Assembly: GCA_963703315.1 (NCBI GenBank)
Contig: OY969811.1
Location: 1,696,001 to 1,760,000, forward strand
Length of the DNA: 64,000 bases
Source: an uncultured cyanobacterium
GTDB taxonomy: Bacteria; Cyanobacteriota; Cyanobacteriia; Pseudanabaenales; Pseudanabaenaceae
Direction: 5' to 3'
In this document: in pieces, positions 20,806 to 32,596 of the stretch
Layout: every line of letters begins with the position of its first letter
Numbering within the stretch: position 1 is the stretch's first letter
Notes under the pieces: model-generated
Databases searched by the model: none
The model's input: the letters and a program-made list of their open reading frames with translations, nothing else
What the model was told of the DNA's origin: nothing
Made by a program: the position numbers and the translations under genes

Positions 20806-21003
20806 ATTGGTAACGCGGCTTTGGCTCACCAAACAACAAATCGGTTCTTTTATTATTGGTAGCGCGGCTTTGGCTCACCAAACAATAAATCGGTTCTTTT
20901 ATTAATTGGTAGCGCGGCTTTGGCACACCAAACAACAAATCGGTTCTTTTTAATTTATTTGGTAACGCGGCTTCGCCGCGCCACCAAATAAATCGGTTCT
21001 TTT
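20806..21003. repeat. Tandem array of four ~49-53 bp units
   Basis: Unit TTGGTARCGCGGCTTTGGCWCACCAAACAAYAAATCGGTTCTTTT starting at ~20806, 20855, 20905 and (variant) 20958. Confidence 0.92.
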
Positions 21004-21754
21004 ATTGAGGTTTGATATTGAGTTGATCGACTGAAGATATTTTATGGGTTTGGTGAATAGCACCATTTGACAGGAATTTTGTTAAAGCCTCAGGGTGATA
21101 ATCCCAGTTTAGTAAACCTGCGAGTCCCATAAACAAACCAAAGGCAGCAGGAACCATTGCCGCACCATAGAGCCAACCTTTTTGAGTGAGAGATGTCATT
21201 GCCAGTAGCGCGATCGCCAGAGCAAAGGCTGCCTCTGATAAGTCAAACTGATCGTCATGGACATTCAGTTGCTCGTAGAGTTTTTCAGCATCCTGTGCTT
21301 GTTGCTGCAATTTCTCCTTTTCTGCATCTTGCTTAGTAGCGATCGCCTCATATTTCACAATTTCTGTGTTGTAGTCAGCCCGCAGTTTTGCGGATTGCGC
21401 CTGTGCAGGAATTGCTAAAGCTTGTAGCTTTAACTGGGCAATGGTGGATTTAGCGATTTCAGCCCGCACATTTCGTGCTTGGTAAAAAGCCCATGTATCA
21501 ATGCGATCGGCTTGGGCTTTTTGCATAGCTTGGACAACATTGCCACTTTTGACTTGGCACAACCCCATAAAAGTAACAAATAAAACTACAGTGATAGCCA
21601 CGTAATTATTGAGTTGGTTCTTTTTTTCTTTTTTTTCTTTGTGGGGATCATTTGTCACACCATCTGCCTGTGGAGACTCTTTATGATCGCTTGATTCTTC
21701 ATGATCATCTTCGTTATTATCTTCAATAACGTCAGAGATATCAGATATTGCCAT
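21002..21754 (-). CDS. DUF4337 family membrane protein
   Basis: VAITVV, DTWAFYQARNVR, LNVHDDQFDLSEA. Confidence 0.8.
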   Translation of the reverse strand: MAISDISDVIEDNNEDDHEESSDHKESPQADGVTNDPHKEKKEKKNQLNNYVAITVVLFVTFMGLCQVKSGNVVQAMQKAQADRIDTWAFYQARNVRAEIAKSTIAQLKLQALAIPAQAQSAKLRADYNTEIVKYEAIATKQDAEKEKLQQQAQDAEKLYEQLNVHDDQFDLSEAAFALAIALLAMTSLTQKGWLYGAAMVPAAFGLFMGLAGLLNWDYHPEALTKFLSNGAIHQTHKISSVDQLNIKPQ

Positions 21755-21942
21755 AACTTTTAGCTGGGTTTAACTTAAAAAATTTTTAAATCGATAATTA
21801 CCTTTGTATGATAGCAGTGGTTGTTAACCCGTCCGCCTGTGTGCATACAGGCAATCTGATTCCTAAGTTATTCTCCAGTTCTGATATAGCTGTAACCCAA
21901 AAGAGAGTGGCGGCGCAAAGCGCCGCCACTCTCTTTTGGGTT

Positions 21943-22662
21943 TTATGTCTTAACTTGCTTGGCTATAGCTCTATTTCCGCTCACATTTGTCTGTAGTATT
22001 GGTGGATTTTGCAAGGATTTGATTTGTTCACCCAGATTCTTAGCTAAAATGGCGCGATTAGGACAAACAGATATACCAGCATTGCGTAAAGCCTCAGCCG
22101 CCCATGTATTGCAGTTAAATGCCGAAAAATATCTGGGAACTGCCCTATAGAAATTGCTCACTCCATATTGACCTTTGCTGATCGCCGCTAAGCGATCGCC
22201 TTGTTTATCTACAGCAAAAGTTTTCTTCACATAGGCAAATAGATTCTGAAAACCTGCTTCCGATAGCTTAATCGGCAGTACGGGAAATTTAAAAAATTGA
22301 GCAGGAGGTTCGGCAAAACTGGCTACGTGCATCACACTATCCGATGGAATAAATACTGCTCGTAGCATCGAAGGAATAGATTTGTCCCCTGCAAAATAAA
22401 ACTGGCGATCGCCCCAACCTACTTCCACATAGGGTGCATCTTGCCAATCTTCTGCACCAAAATTTTCCTTGTCTTGCTGCGCCCATGCTAAACCCGAATG
22501 CCAATCATGCTGCACAAAATAAATTGTGCGAGTTGTTGCATTGTTCGCAGGTGGATATAAGCCCGCATTTGGGTGAGGACAATAGAGAAAATAGCTAGCG
22601 ATCGCTACAGCAATCCCTAGTAATATCCCTAGAAATATCGTGATTTTGTGTTTGCGTGTCAC
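21943..22662 (-). CDS. DUF2459/TIGR02117 family protein
   Basis: HDWHSG, EVGWGDRQFY, SVMHV, FNCNTWAAEAL; stop lies inside a MITE. Confidence 0.82.
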   Translation of the reverse strand: MTRKHKITIFLGILLGIAVAIASYFLYCPHPNAGLYPPANNATTRTIYFVQHDWHSGLAWAQQDKENFGAEDWQDAPYVEVGWGDRQFYFAGDKSIPSMLRAVFIPSDSVMHVASFAEPPAQFFKFPVLPIKLSEAGFQNLFAYVKKTFAVDKQGDRLAAISKGQYGVSNFYRAVPRYFSAFNCNTWAAEALRNAGISVCPNRAILAKNLGEQIKSLQNPPILQTNVSGNRAIAKQVKT

Positions 22663-22718
22663 AAGTGATTTTCAATAGTAGAGATGTAGTATAGATAAGG
22701 ACTCTACGCGATCGCCGC

Positions 22719-23930
22719 ATGAATCGTAACTTTTGGATTATTGCTCTCATTTCTTTTATTAATTCTCTGAGTTTTACGATTCTCATCCCTGTTATATATC
22801 TCTACGGTAGACAGTTTCATTTAGATGATTTTCAGACCAGTTTACTATTTGCAATTTATGCCATTTCGCAATTTTTTGCCACCCCAATCATCGGCAAGTT
22901 GTCAGATCGGTTTGGACGCAAACCACTTTTAATTATCAGTTTAGCGGGGACAGTCGTAGCAAATATCATGGCAGGAACTGCCGCTACTGCTGCCATATTA
23001 TTCTTGGCGAGATTTCTGGATGGCATTACGGGTGGTAATGCCTCCGTCGCCCAAGCCGTAATTTCCGATGTCACCACTCCCGAAAACCGTGCCAAAGCTT
23101 TTGGTATTAATGGAGCCGCCTTTGGACTAGGTTTTATTTTGGGACCTGCCATTAGCTTGCTGGCTCAGGAAGTAGCCCCTAAGACAGCTTTAGGTGAACC
23201 ATCCTTTGGCGCTTCTTTTGTTGTATCGGGGACAATTGCGGCGATCGCCTTAATCCTGACGATTTTTTACTTGCCCGAAACCCTCAAAACCAAAGCTCCA
23301 AAATCACAAAATATCTTTGATCTAGGTTTAGATAACCTGATCAAAGGCTTGTTCCTACCCAAGATTGGGATTTTATTACTGGTCAACCTGCTTACAGGTA
23401 CAACCTTCAATCTCTTTACTTTTGGGTTCCAACCTTATTTCTTGAAAGTTCTCCATCAAAACAGTAGTGGGCTTACCTTGATGTTTTTACTATTTGGGGT
23501 ACTAGCGGTGATTATGCAGACGGTGGGTATCGCCCAAATGTCAAAACGCCTTAATCTCGTCAATATTCTCTTCTTAGGGCTATTTGTGCGTAGCCTTTCC
23601 TTTGTGATGATGCCGATTTGGAAAGATGTCTATTATTTCATTGCTGTTTGCGTCCTGTTCTCTCTACTCAACTCGTTGGTACAGCCAATGATCAGTGCGC
23701 TACTGTCTCTGAATACCAGTCCTGAAGAGCAAGGTACAGTCTTAGGAATTAACTCTTCTTATTTGAGCATATCTGGGGCTTTAGGTCCTTTAATTGGAGG
23801 CTTAATTGTTAATCAAGCTTATCCAGAATCCTATGGCTATCCCCTCTATTTAGCGGGTGCTTGTACTTTCCTCGTCCTGATTTTTGCGTATGTCAAACGT
23901 CAAAGTTATGCCATCAAAACAGTGAGGTGA
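22719..23930 (+). CDS. MFS transporter (TetA/DHA1-like)
   Basis: GKLSDRFGRKP, ARFLDGITGG, AFGLGFILGP. Confidence 0.93.
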   Translation: MNRNFWIIALISFINSLSFTILIPVIYLYGRQFHLDDFQTSLLFAIYAISQFFATPIIGKLSDRFGRKPLLIISLAGTVVANIMAGTAATAAILFLARFLDGITGGNASVAQAVISDVTTPENRAKAFGINGAAFGLGFILGPAISLLAQEVAPKTALGEPSFGASFVVSGTIAAIALILTIFYLPETLKTKAPKSQNIFDLGLDNLIKGLFLPKIGILLLVNLLTGTTFNLFTFGFQPYFLKVLHQNSSGLTLMFLLFGVLAVIMQTVGIAQMSKRLNLVNILFLGLFVRSLSFVMMPIWKDVYYFIAVCVLFSLLNSLVQPMISALLSLNTSPEEQGTVLGINSSYLSISGALGPLIGGLIVNQAYPESYGYPLYLAGACTFLVLIFAYVKRQSYAIKTVR

Positions 23931-23960
23931 ACCCTACTTAAAAAGTTCGGTTCTCCTTCT
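23922..23960 (+). promoter_or_regulatory. Two K-box-like motifs upstream of the Hsp20 gene
   Basis: GTGAGG-TGAA-CCCTAC and GTTCGG-TTCT-CC resemble GTTCGG-NNAN-CCNNAC; CATAAT at 23983. Confidence 0.45.
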
Positions 23961-24046
23961 ACTCATAGTTTTGCACCTATTTCATAATAGACCTGTGAAC
24001 CAAAAGGGAAGTACAAAATATCAATTAAGTTCTGAATCTACTTCTT

Positions 24047-24149
24047 ATACCAATTCACTGAAATGAGCCAACATTTTAGTGAATTAAAGAACAAACCCAA
24101 TAAGGGTTTGAGATTCAAAAAATGGCGTTGCCATTTTTTGAATTGGTAT
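24047..24149. mobile_element. MITE with 11-bp terminal inverted repeats
   Basis: ATACCAATTCA ... TGAATTGGTAT with an internal hairpin. Confidence 0.65.
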
Positions 24150-24190
24150 TAAAGTTCACCGTTGTTTAGAAATAGTTCAAGGTGATATTT

Positions 24191-24643
24191 ATGTTAGTAC
24201 GTTTCCAACCTTTGCAAGAAATTGAAGAAGTCCGTCGTCAGTTCGATCGCTTATTCCGTGATTTTGCAAATATTGAGCAAGAATCACCAAAAGGCGGATG
24301 GGTTCCCGCTAGCGAACTACGTGACGATGGCGATCATTTGACTCTCAAACTATCGCTTCCTGCTATCGATGCTAAAGATCTTGATATTCAAGTAACCAAG
24401 GATTCTCTAACTATCGCTGGTGAACGTCACCTCGAACGTCAGGAAGAATCTTCTGAAAAAGGCTACTACTGGAGCGAGATCAGCTATGGCAAGTTCCGCC
24501 GTGTGTTTGCCTTACCTGTAGCGATCGAAAATGAACAGGTGAAAGCAGACTATAGCAATGGTATCCTCACCCTGACTCTACCCAAAGCTAATGAAGTCAA
24601 AGCTTTTAAAGTCAATGTCACCAATGAGTTACCTTCCTCCTAA
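24191..24643 (+). CDS. Hsp20/alpha-crystallin small heat shock protein
   Basis: WVPASEL, SEISYGKFRR, ADYSNGILTLTLPK. Confidence 0.95.
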   Translation: MLVRFQPLQEIEEVRRQFDRLFRDFANIEQESPKGGWVPASELRDDGDHLTLKLSLPAIDAKDLDIQVTKDSLTIAGERHLERQEESSEKGYYWSEISYGKFRRVFALPVAIENEQVKADYSNGILTLTLPKANEVKAFKVNVTNELPSS

Positions 24644-24817
24644 TTAAGCCTAAGTCCTATAGCAATGCAAGTTTTGCTTAGGACATAAAACCCAAAAGAG
24701 AATGGCGGCGCGAAGCGCCGCCATTCTCTTTTGGGTTTTGATATATAGTCGTGCGAAGCACGACTATAGGACTTATTTTGTTTTAAGATTGGTAATCATA
24801 GAATCTTGGAGGTATTG

Positions 24818-26101
24818 GTGTCAGAGTCTTTATTTGAGCAGGCAAGCGAGCGGCTTGCTGATGCGATCGCCCATGTGCATATTTCTGAAGATGCGATTGA
24901 ACGATTAAAATCACCAAAAGCAAGTTTACAAGTTTCGATTCCTGTCCGCATGGACAATGGCAGCCTCAAAGTATTTCAAGGCTATCGAGTTCGATACAAC
25001 GATCTACGGGGACCAACTAAAGGGGGGATTCGCTTTCATCCCAATGTGAATATGGATGAAGTTCAATCCTTAGCATTTTGGATGACATTTAAATGTGCGG
25101 CGGTGAATTTACCATTTGGGGGCGCGAAGGGAGGAGTAGCAGTTGATCCGAAGCAATTATCTAAGTTTGAGCTAGAGCGTCTCAGTCGTGGTTATATCGA
25201 TGCGATCGCCGATTTTATCGGAGCCGATGTCGATATTCCTGCACCCGATGTGCAGACTAACCAGACAATTATGGGTTGGATGGTCGATCAATACAGCAAC
25301 ATTCAGCGTCGGCTTTGTCCTGCGGCAATTACTGGCAAACCTTTGGCGATGGGCGGTAGCATTGGACGCGAAACAGCGACAGGCTTGGGGGCTTTCTTTG
25401 CGATCGAGACATTGCTACCCCTATTAAAAATGCAGCGTGAACAAACCACCGTTGCAGTGCAAGGTTTTGGCAATGTGGGCGCAGCGATCGCCGATCTTTT
25501 GAGTAAAGAAGGTTACAAGGTGGTAGCGGTTAGCGATTCTAAAGGGGGAATTTACGCTCCACAAGGGCTAGATGTACCAAGCATTATCAGTCACAAACAA
25601 TCAACCCGTAGTTTTCAAGCCGTGTACTGTCAGGATTCGGTATGTAGCATTGTCGAACATACAAAAATCACGAATGAGGAACTGCTCAAACTTGATGTCG
25701 ATATCTTGATTCCTGCGGCGCTCGAAAATCAGATTACTGAGCATAATGCCTATGACATCCGTGCTAAGTACATTTTTGAGATTGCCAATGGTCCAGTGAC
25801 TCCCGCCGCAGACAAAATCTTAGAGAAACGTGGGATTACGGTTTTCCCTGATATTCTCGTTAATGCAGGCGGTGTGACTGTCAGCTACTTTGAATGGGTG
25901 CAGAACCGTAGCGGCTTATATTGGACTTTGGAAGAGGTGAATGATCGCCTAAAGCAGAGCATGGTTACCGAAACCCTGAGGATTTGGGAAATCTCTCAAC
26001 AAAAGCAAATTTCAATGCGGACGGCGGCTTATGTTCATGCCTTAACAAGACTGAGTGAAGCGATCGACGCTAAGGGAACAAGAGATTATTATATCCAGTA
26101 A
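24818..26101 (+). CDS. gdhA: Glu/Leu/Phe/Val dehydrogenase (glutamate dehydrogenase)
   Basis: KGGIRFHP, GGAKGG, DIPAPD, VQGFGNVG, NAGGVTVSYFEW; GTG start after GGAGG. Confidence 0.92.
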   Translation: MSESLFEQASERLADAIAHVHISEDAIERLKSPKASLQVSIPVRMDNGSLKVFQGYRVRYNDLRGPTKGGIRFHPNVNMDEVQSLAFWMTFKCAAVNLPFGGAKGGVAVDPKQLSKFELERLSRGYIDAIADFIGADVDIPAPDVQTNQTIMGWMVDQYSNIQRRLCPAAITGKPLAMGGSIGRETATGLGAFFAIETLLPLLKMQREQTTVAVQGFGNVGAAIADLLSKEGYKVVAVSDSKGGIYAPQGLDVPSIISHKQSTRSFQAVYCQDSVCSIVEHTKITNEELLKLDVDILIPAALENQITEHNAYDIRAKYIFEIANGPVTPAADKILEKRGITVFPDILVNAGGVTVSYFEWVQNRSGLYWTLEEVNDRLKQSMVTETLRIWEISQQKQISMRTAAYVHALTRLSEAIDAKGTRDYYIQ

Positions 26102-26201
26102 TATGCATGAGAGTACAATCCTACGGATTGTACTCTCATCACGCAAAGCGTTATATTGGAATCAAAAGTGATGTATAAAAAATGCGATCGCCGATAAGTA
26201 C

Positions 26202-26987
26202 ATGAGCAGAATTAAGCAACAAAATCGTCTCCAAGCCCAAGTGATCAAAGCCAGCCAAACTGATAGCCAAACTGATTGTCAGCCCTGTGTTGTGGCGGCT
26301 TTTTATCATTTTACGGACTTGCCCGATTATCAGTCCCTACAGGCTCCACTCAAAGAATTTTGTGATGCTCATCAACTGAAGGGGACAATTCTGTTAGCTA
26401 AAGAAGGAATTAACTCGACGATCGCAGGTAGTCGTGAGGCGATCGATGCTTTGTTAGACTACTTACGGAATGATCCAAGGCTTCAGAACTTAGAACATAA
26501 AGAATCCTATTGTGAAGGAATTCCCTTCCAACGCATGAAAGTACGTCTTAAAAAAGAGATTGTGACCTTGGGAGTCCCCGATATTGATCCTAGACATCGG
26601 GTTGGCACTTATGTTGCGCCTCAAGACTGGAACGCCTTAATTGCTGATCCTGATGTCATCGTTATCGATACGCGCAATACCTATGAAGTGGAATTTGGGA
26701 CGTTTAAAGGTGCAGTTAACCCGAATATTGAGACTTTTGGTGAGTTTCCCAATTATGTCAAAGAACAACTAAATCCAGAGAAACATCAAAAAGTGGCAAT
26801 GTTCTGCACGGGCGGCATTCGTTGCGAAAAAGCTAGTGCTTATATGTTGTCGCAAGGTTTTAGTGAGGTATATCACCTGAAGGGAGGTATTCTCAAATAT
26901 ATCGAGGAAGTTCCGCCCGAAGAGAGTATTTGGGAAGGTAAATGCTTTGTCTTTGACGATCGCGTCAGTGTTGACAAGATTCGCTAA
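26202..26987 (+). CDS. trhO: Rhodanese-domain tRNA U34 hydroxylase (UPF0176)
   Basis: [39 protein letters not shown]. Confidence 0.88.
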   Translation: MSRIKQQNRLQAQVIKASQTDSQTDCQPCVVAAFYHFTDLPDYQSLQAPLKEFCDAHQLKGTILLAKEGINSTIAGSREAIDALLDYLRNDPRLQNLEHKESYCEGIPFQRMKVRLKKEIVTLGVPDIDPRHRVGTYVAPQDWNALIADPDVIVIDTRNTYEVEFGTFKGAVNPNIETFGEFPNYVKEQLNPEKHQKVAMFCTGGIRCEKASAYMLSQGFSEVYHLKGGILKYIEEVPPEESIWEGKCFVFDDRVSVDKIR

Positions 26988-27050
26988 TCAGGCTCAAGTT
27001 CCTGTATCCTTGATTATTAACTTTTTAATCAACTATATCAAGCGATCGCA

Positions 27051-28442
27051 ATGCCTCAAGCGTATGTACTAGGACTGGGACAGTCAGGAATTTCTGCCGC
27101 AAAATTGTTGAAAGCAGATGGTTGGCAGGTGACAATTAGTGATAGCAATACCAGTCCTAGCCTCGAACAACGTCAACAGGAGTTAGCAGCAGCAGGGATT
27201 GCGGTCGAGTTAGGCGGGTTTCCAGACTTTGCCAAGTTAATCGAAGCGGGGCAAGCCGTAGACTTAGTAGCAGTTAGCCCCGGAGTACCTTGGGATCGGC
27301 AGGAAGTCGAACAGGCGAGATCGCTTGGTTTAGATACCGTTGGCGAAATCGAATTAGCATGGCGCTATCTCAAGCATATTCCTTGGGTGGGTATCACAGG
27401 AACCAACGGCAAAACGACAGTCACATCACTGACGGCAGCGATTTTTCAGGCAGCAGGACTCAAAGCGATCGCCTGTGGCAATATTGGCTTTCCCGCTTGT
27501 GAAATTGCCTTACAGGTATTGCAGCAACAAATTCAGCCTGACTGGATCATTGCCGAACTGAGTAGCTATCAAATTGAATCAACCAAAACCGTAAAGCCGC
27601 AAATCGGTATCTGGACAACCTTTACACCAGATCATCTCAATCGTCACTATACCCTTGAGGCATACCGCAATATCAAGGCAAGTTTGATTGATCGCTCCGA
27701 CCATATTATTCTCAATGGCAATGATCCGTATTTAGTCAACTTTGGTGCAGCGATGTGGCCCAAGGCTATTTGGACGGGGCTAGATGAAAACATTGTCGAG
27801 GCGATCGCCGATGGTGCATATATTGATCATGGTTGGGTCAAGTTTCAGAGTGAGCCTGTTTTCCCGATTTCCCATTGGCATCTTTTAGGCAGTCATAATC
27901 GCCAAAATTTATTGATGGCTGTGGCAGCAGCAAAACTAGCAGGAATTAGCTCAGAACATATTGATCACGCAATTTCTGAATTTCAAGGTGTCCCCCATCG
28001 CCTTGAGCATATTTGCTTCTATGAAGGCATTCCCTTTATTAATGACAGCAAAGCCACCAACTATGACGCGGCGGAAGTCGGTTTACGAGCGGTCAAACCA
28101 CCCGTAGTTTTAATCGCAGGAGGGCAACCCAAACAAGGCGATGCTAAGGCATGGCTAGAGCAAATTCATCAAAGGGCGATCGCCGTATTATTAATTGGTG
28201 AAGCTGCACCATTATTTGCGGAAATGCTTAAAGATGTCGGGTTTAAAGACTATGAAATCGTGGAAACCCTCGAACGCGCCGTCAAACAAGCTGCCCAGAT
28301 TGCCCATAGCCGCGCCCATAATCACCCTAGCCAACCCCTGCCAACTGTGCTATTCTCGCCTGCGTGTGCCAGCTTCGACCAGTTTGCTAATTTTGAGCAA
28401 CGCGGCGATCGCTTCCGCCAACTTTGTCAAGAACTTTCATGA
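27051..28442 (+). CDS. murD: UDP-N-acetylmuramoyl-L-alanine--D-glutamate ligase
   Basis: SPGVP, ITGTNGKTT, ELSSYQ, NDSKATN, SPACASFDQF. Confidence 0.97.
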   Translation: MPQAYVLGLGQSGISAAKLLKADGWQVTISDSNTSPSLEQRQQELAAAGIAVELGGFPDFAKLIEAGQAVDLVAVSPGVPWDRQEVEQARSLGLDTVGEIELAWRYLKHIPWVGITGTNGKTTVTSLTAAIFQAAGLKAIACGNIGFPACEIALQVLQQQIQPDWIIAELSSYQIESTKTVKPQIGIWTTFTPDHLNRHYTLEAYRNIKASLIDRSDHIILNGNDPYLVNFGAAMWPKAIWTGLDENIVEAIADGAYIDHGWVKFQSEPVFPISHWHLLGSHNRQNLLMAVAAAKLAGISSEHIDHAISEFQGVPHRLEHICFYEGIPFINDSKATNYDAAEVGLRAVKPPVVLIAGGQPKQGDAKAWLEQIHQRAIAVLLIGEAAPLFAEMLKDVGFKDYEIVETLERAVKQAAQIAHSRAHNHPSQPLPTVLFSPACASFDQFANFEQRGDRFRQLCQELS

Positions 28443-30304
28443 ACCCATCCTTTCTGCCTAGAGATCTTGCAACCATTAATCTATTCAAACGCCGCACCGT
28501 TTTGATTTGGATCATTTTGGCAATGGCAATGATTGGATTAGTCGTGCGCTTAGTGTATTTACAGGTAATCACCTCACCAGACTTGTTAGAGAAGGCGCGA
28601 CGACAGCAAATGTTTACGCTGCGTCCATTTATTCCTCGCCGCACGATTACCGATCGCAAAGGTACAGTTTTAGCTCTAGATCGTCCTGTCTATACCTTAT
28701 TTGCCTATCCCCATCTCTATAAAAAAACACCTGAAGAAATCGCCGAGAAACTATCGCCGATCCTCAGACGACCTGTCGATAAACTGCTGACCATTCTCAC
28801 CCGTGATACCACCTCCATCCAAGTCGAGTATTGGCTATCGGAAGAAAATGCCGATCGCGTTTATAGTTTGGGTCTAGATGGGTTAGATCTGATCCAGCAA
28901 CGGCGGCGGCTATATCCACAGCAAGACCTTGCGGCTGAGTTGCTCGGTTATGTGAATGTCGATCATCGTGGTCAAGCGGGTATCGAGCTTAGCCAAGAGA
29001 AGTTACTAGAACGCACCGATCAAGCGCCCACAGTGACTCAAGATGGTTCTGGGAAGTTAATTCCTACGCGCATTCCTGCGGGGATGATCCGTAGCGATCG
29101 CACTAGTATGCAAATGACGATTGATTCACGGATTCAGCGCACGGCTAGACAAATTCTCAAGCAGCAAATGGTCAAATTTGGCGCAAAGCGTGGCTCAGTA
29201 ATCGTCATGGATGTAAGGGATGGAGGATTGCTAAGCTTAGTCACTGAGCCAACCTACGATCCCAATCGTTATTACGAAACCGATGTCAAACTTTTTAAAA
29301 ATTGGGCAGTTTCCGATCTCTATGAACCCGGCTCTACCTTTAAACCCCTAAATGTGGCGATCGCTCTCGAAGCAGGGGCGATTCAACCTGACACTGTATT
29401 TAATGATGAAGGAGCTTTAACTATCGGTGGTTGGCCAGTGGCTAACTTTGACTACGAACAAGTAGGTGCAGTCGGTTCCCTTAGCATTAGTCAAATCCTT
29501 GAGCGATCGAGCAACGTCGGTATGGTGCATATTGTCCAACGCATGAAGCCATCAGTCTATTATGGTTGGCTCGAACGCCTTGGACTAGGAGACATTTCGG
29601 GAATTGATCTACCGTCGGAAACCCCTAGCGCTCTCAAACCCCAAGAGCAATTTATCGAATATGTGATCGAACCTGCAACCGCCTCGTTTGGTCAAGGCTT
29701 TTCGCTGACACCGATTCAGATGGTGCAACTGCATGGCATTCTTGCCAGTGGCGGCAAATTGCTCACTCCCCACGTTGTTAAAGGTTTAATCAATGAAGAA
29801 GGCGAGGAATACTATCAGCCCAAGTTACCCACACCTCGACAATTAATCTCCCCTGCTACTGCCCAGAGGGTCGTGGAGATGATGACAAATGTGGTCGAAA
29901 AAGGAACGGGTTTACCTGCACGTATTCCTGGTTATCGGCTGGGAGGTAAAACAGGTACTGCTCAAAAAGCATCAGCAACTGGTGGTTATTCCAATGCCAA
30001 AATCACTAGTTTTGTGGGCATTTTCCCCTCTAAAGAGCCACGCTATGTGATTCTAGCCGTGATTGATGAGCCTGTTGGCGCGGATGCTTTTGGTTCGACA
30101 GTAGCAGCTCCGATTGTGAAGACGGTGATCGAAGAACTAATTGTCACTGAAGGGATTCCCCCTAGTCATCCTGAAGAAGTGATTTCTAAAATACCTGAAC
30201 TTCCTGATCCTAAAGCAACTCCAGAGCCGCAAGCAACACCCACTCCATCACCCGAAGCAACGCCATCTCCATCACCTTCTCCTAGCCCGAAACCAACGCC
30301 ATAA
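28439..30304 (+). CDS. ftsI: Class B penicillin-binding protein (FtsI-like) with Pro-rich tail
   Basis: YEPGSTFK, SSN, KTGTAQK; N-terminal TM segment. Confidence 0.85.
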   Translation: MNPSFLPRDLATINLFKRRTVLIWIILAMAMIGLVVRLVYLQVITSPDLLEKARRQQMFTLRPFIPRRTITDRKGTVLALDRPVYTLFAYPHLYKKTPEEIAEKLSPILRRPVDKLLTILTRDTTSIQVEYWLSEENADRVYSLGLDGLDLIQQRRRLYPQQDLAAELLGYVNVDHRGQAGIELSQEKLLERTDQAPTVTQDGSGKLIPTRIPAGMIRSDRTSMQMTIDSRIQRTARQILKQQMVKFGAKRGSVIVMDVRDGGLLSLVTEPTYDPNRYYETDVKLFKNWAVSDLYEPGSTFKPLNVAIALEAGAIQPDTVFNDEGALTIGGWPVANFDYEQVGAVGSLSISQILERSSNVGMVHIVQRMKPSVYYGWLERLGLGDISGIDLPSETPSALKPQEQFIEYVIEPATASFGQGFSLTPIQMVQLHGILASGGKLLTPHVVKGLINEEGEEYYQPKLPTPRQLISPATAQRVVEMMTNVVEKGTGLPARIPGYRLGGKTGTAQKASATGGYSNAKITSFVGIFPSKEPRYVILAVIDEPVGADAFGSTVAAPIVKTVIEELIVTEGIPPSHPEEVISKIPELPDPKATPEPQATPTPSPEATPSPSPSPSPKPTP

Positions 30305-30351
30305 AAAAAAGAGTTGCAGCGCTCAGCGCTGCAACTCTTTTTTTATGCCAA

Positions 30352-30475
30352 TAGGACTTACGCAGAAGTTGCTAAGACCCTCACCCCTAGCCCCTCTCCC
30401 AGAGAGAGAGGGGAACAAGAAAAATTCTTACCCCCCTTCTCCCTCTCTGGGAGAAGGGGTTGGGGGATGAGGGCG
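30352..30475. repeat. TAGGACTTACGCA-initiated CCCCTCTCCC/GGGAGAAGGGG repeat element
   Basis: Double purine/pyrimidine hairpin between convergent genes. Confidence 0.65.
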
Positions 30476-30489
30476 GTTTGTAATCTGTA

Positions 30490-32268
<1,779 letters not shown>

Positions 32269-32293
32269 TCATCAGGCTCGATAGGTTTGCTGT

Positions 32294-32580
32294 TATAGCG
32301 ATCGTCAATTGCTTTTAGACAAATCAAAACCCAGAAGCAAGTGGCGGCGCTGTGCGCCGCTACTTGCTCCTTGATTTTTAATTTATGCTAATGCAAAGGA
32401 TGACAGCTATATAGGCAGTTCTAGTCTACTCGATCATTTATAGCAATCCAAAATAGGTTGATGATTGTCCCGCAGGGACAATCATCAACCCAAAAGCTAT
32501 AGCGTTTTGCAAAACAAAAAACAATCAGAGTAAGGATTTGCGCTTTTCATTTTGCCGTAGGCAAAATGAAAAGCGCTATA
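32294..32580. mobile_element. Cluster of three TATAGC...GCTATA elements (32294-32411, 32439-32501, 32498-32580)
   Basis: Each begins TATAGC, ends GCTATA and carries a different hairpin; the last two share a TATA. Confidence 0.7.
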
Positions 32581-32596
32581 AGCACCAGAATCAAGA

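Noticed and set aside
20806..21003. CRISPR array
   Set aside because: Units are contiguous with only 3-8 bp AT linkers, there are no unique spacers, and no cas genes are nearby.
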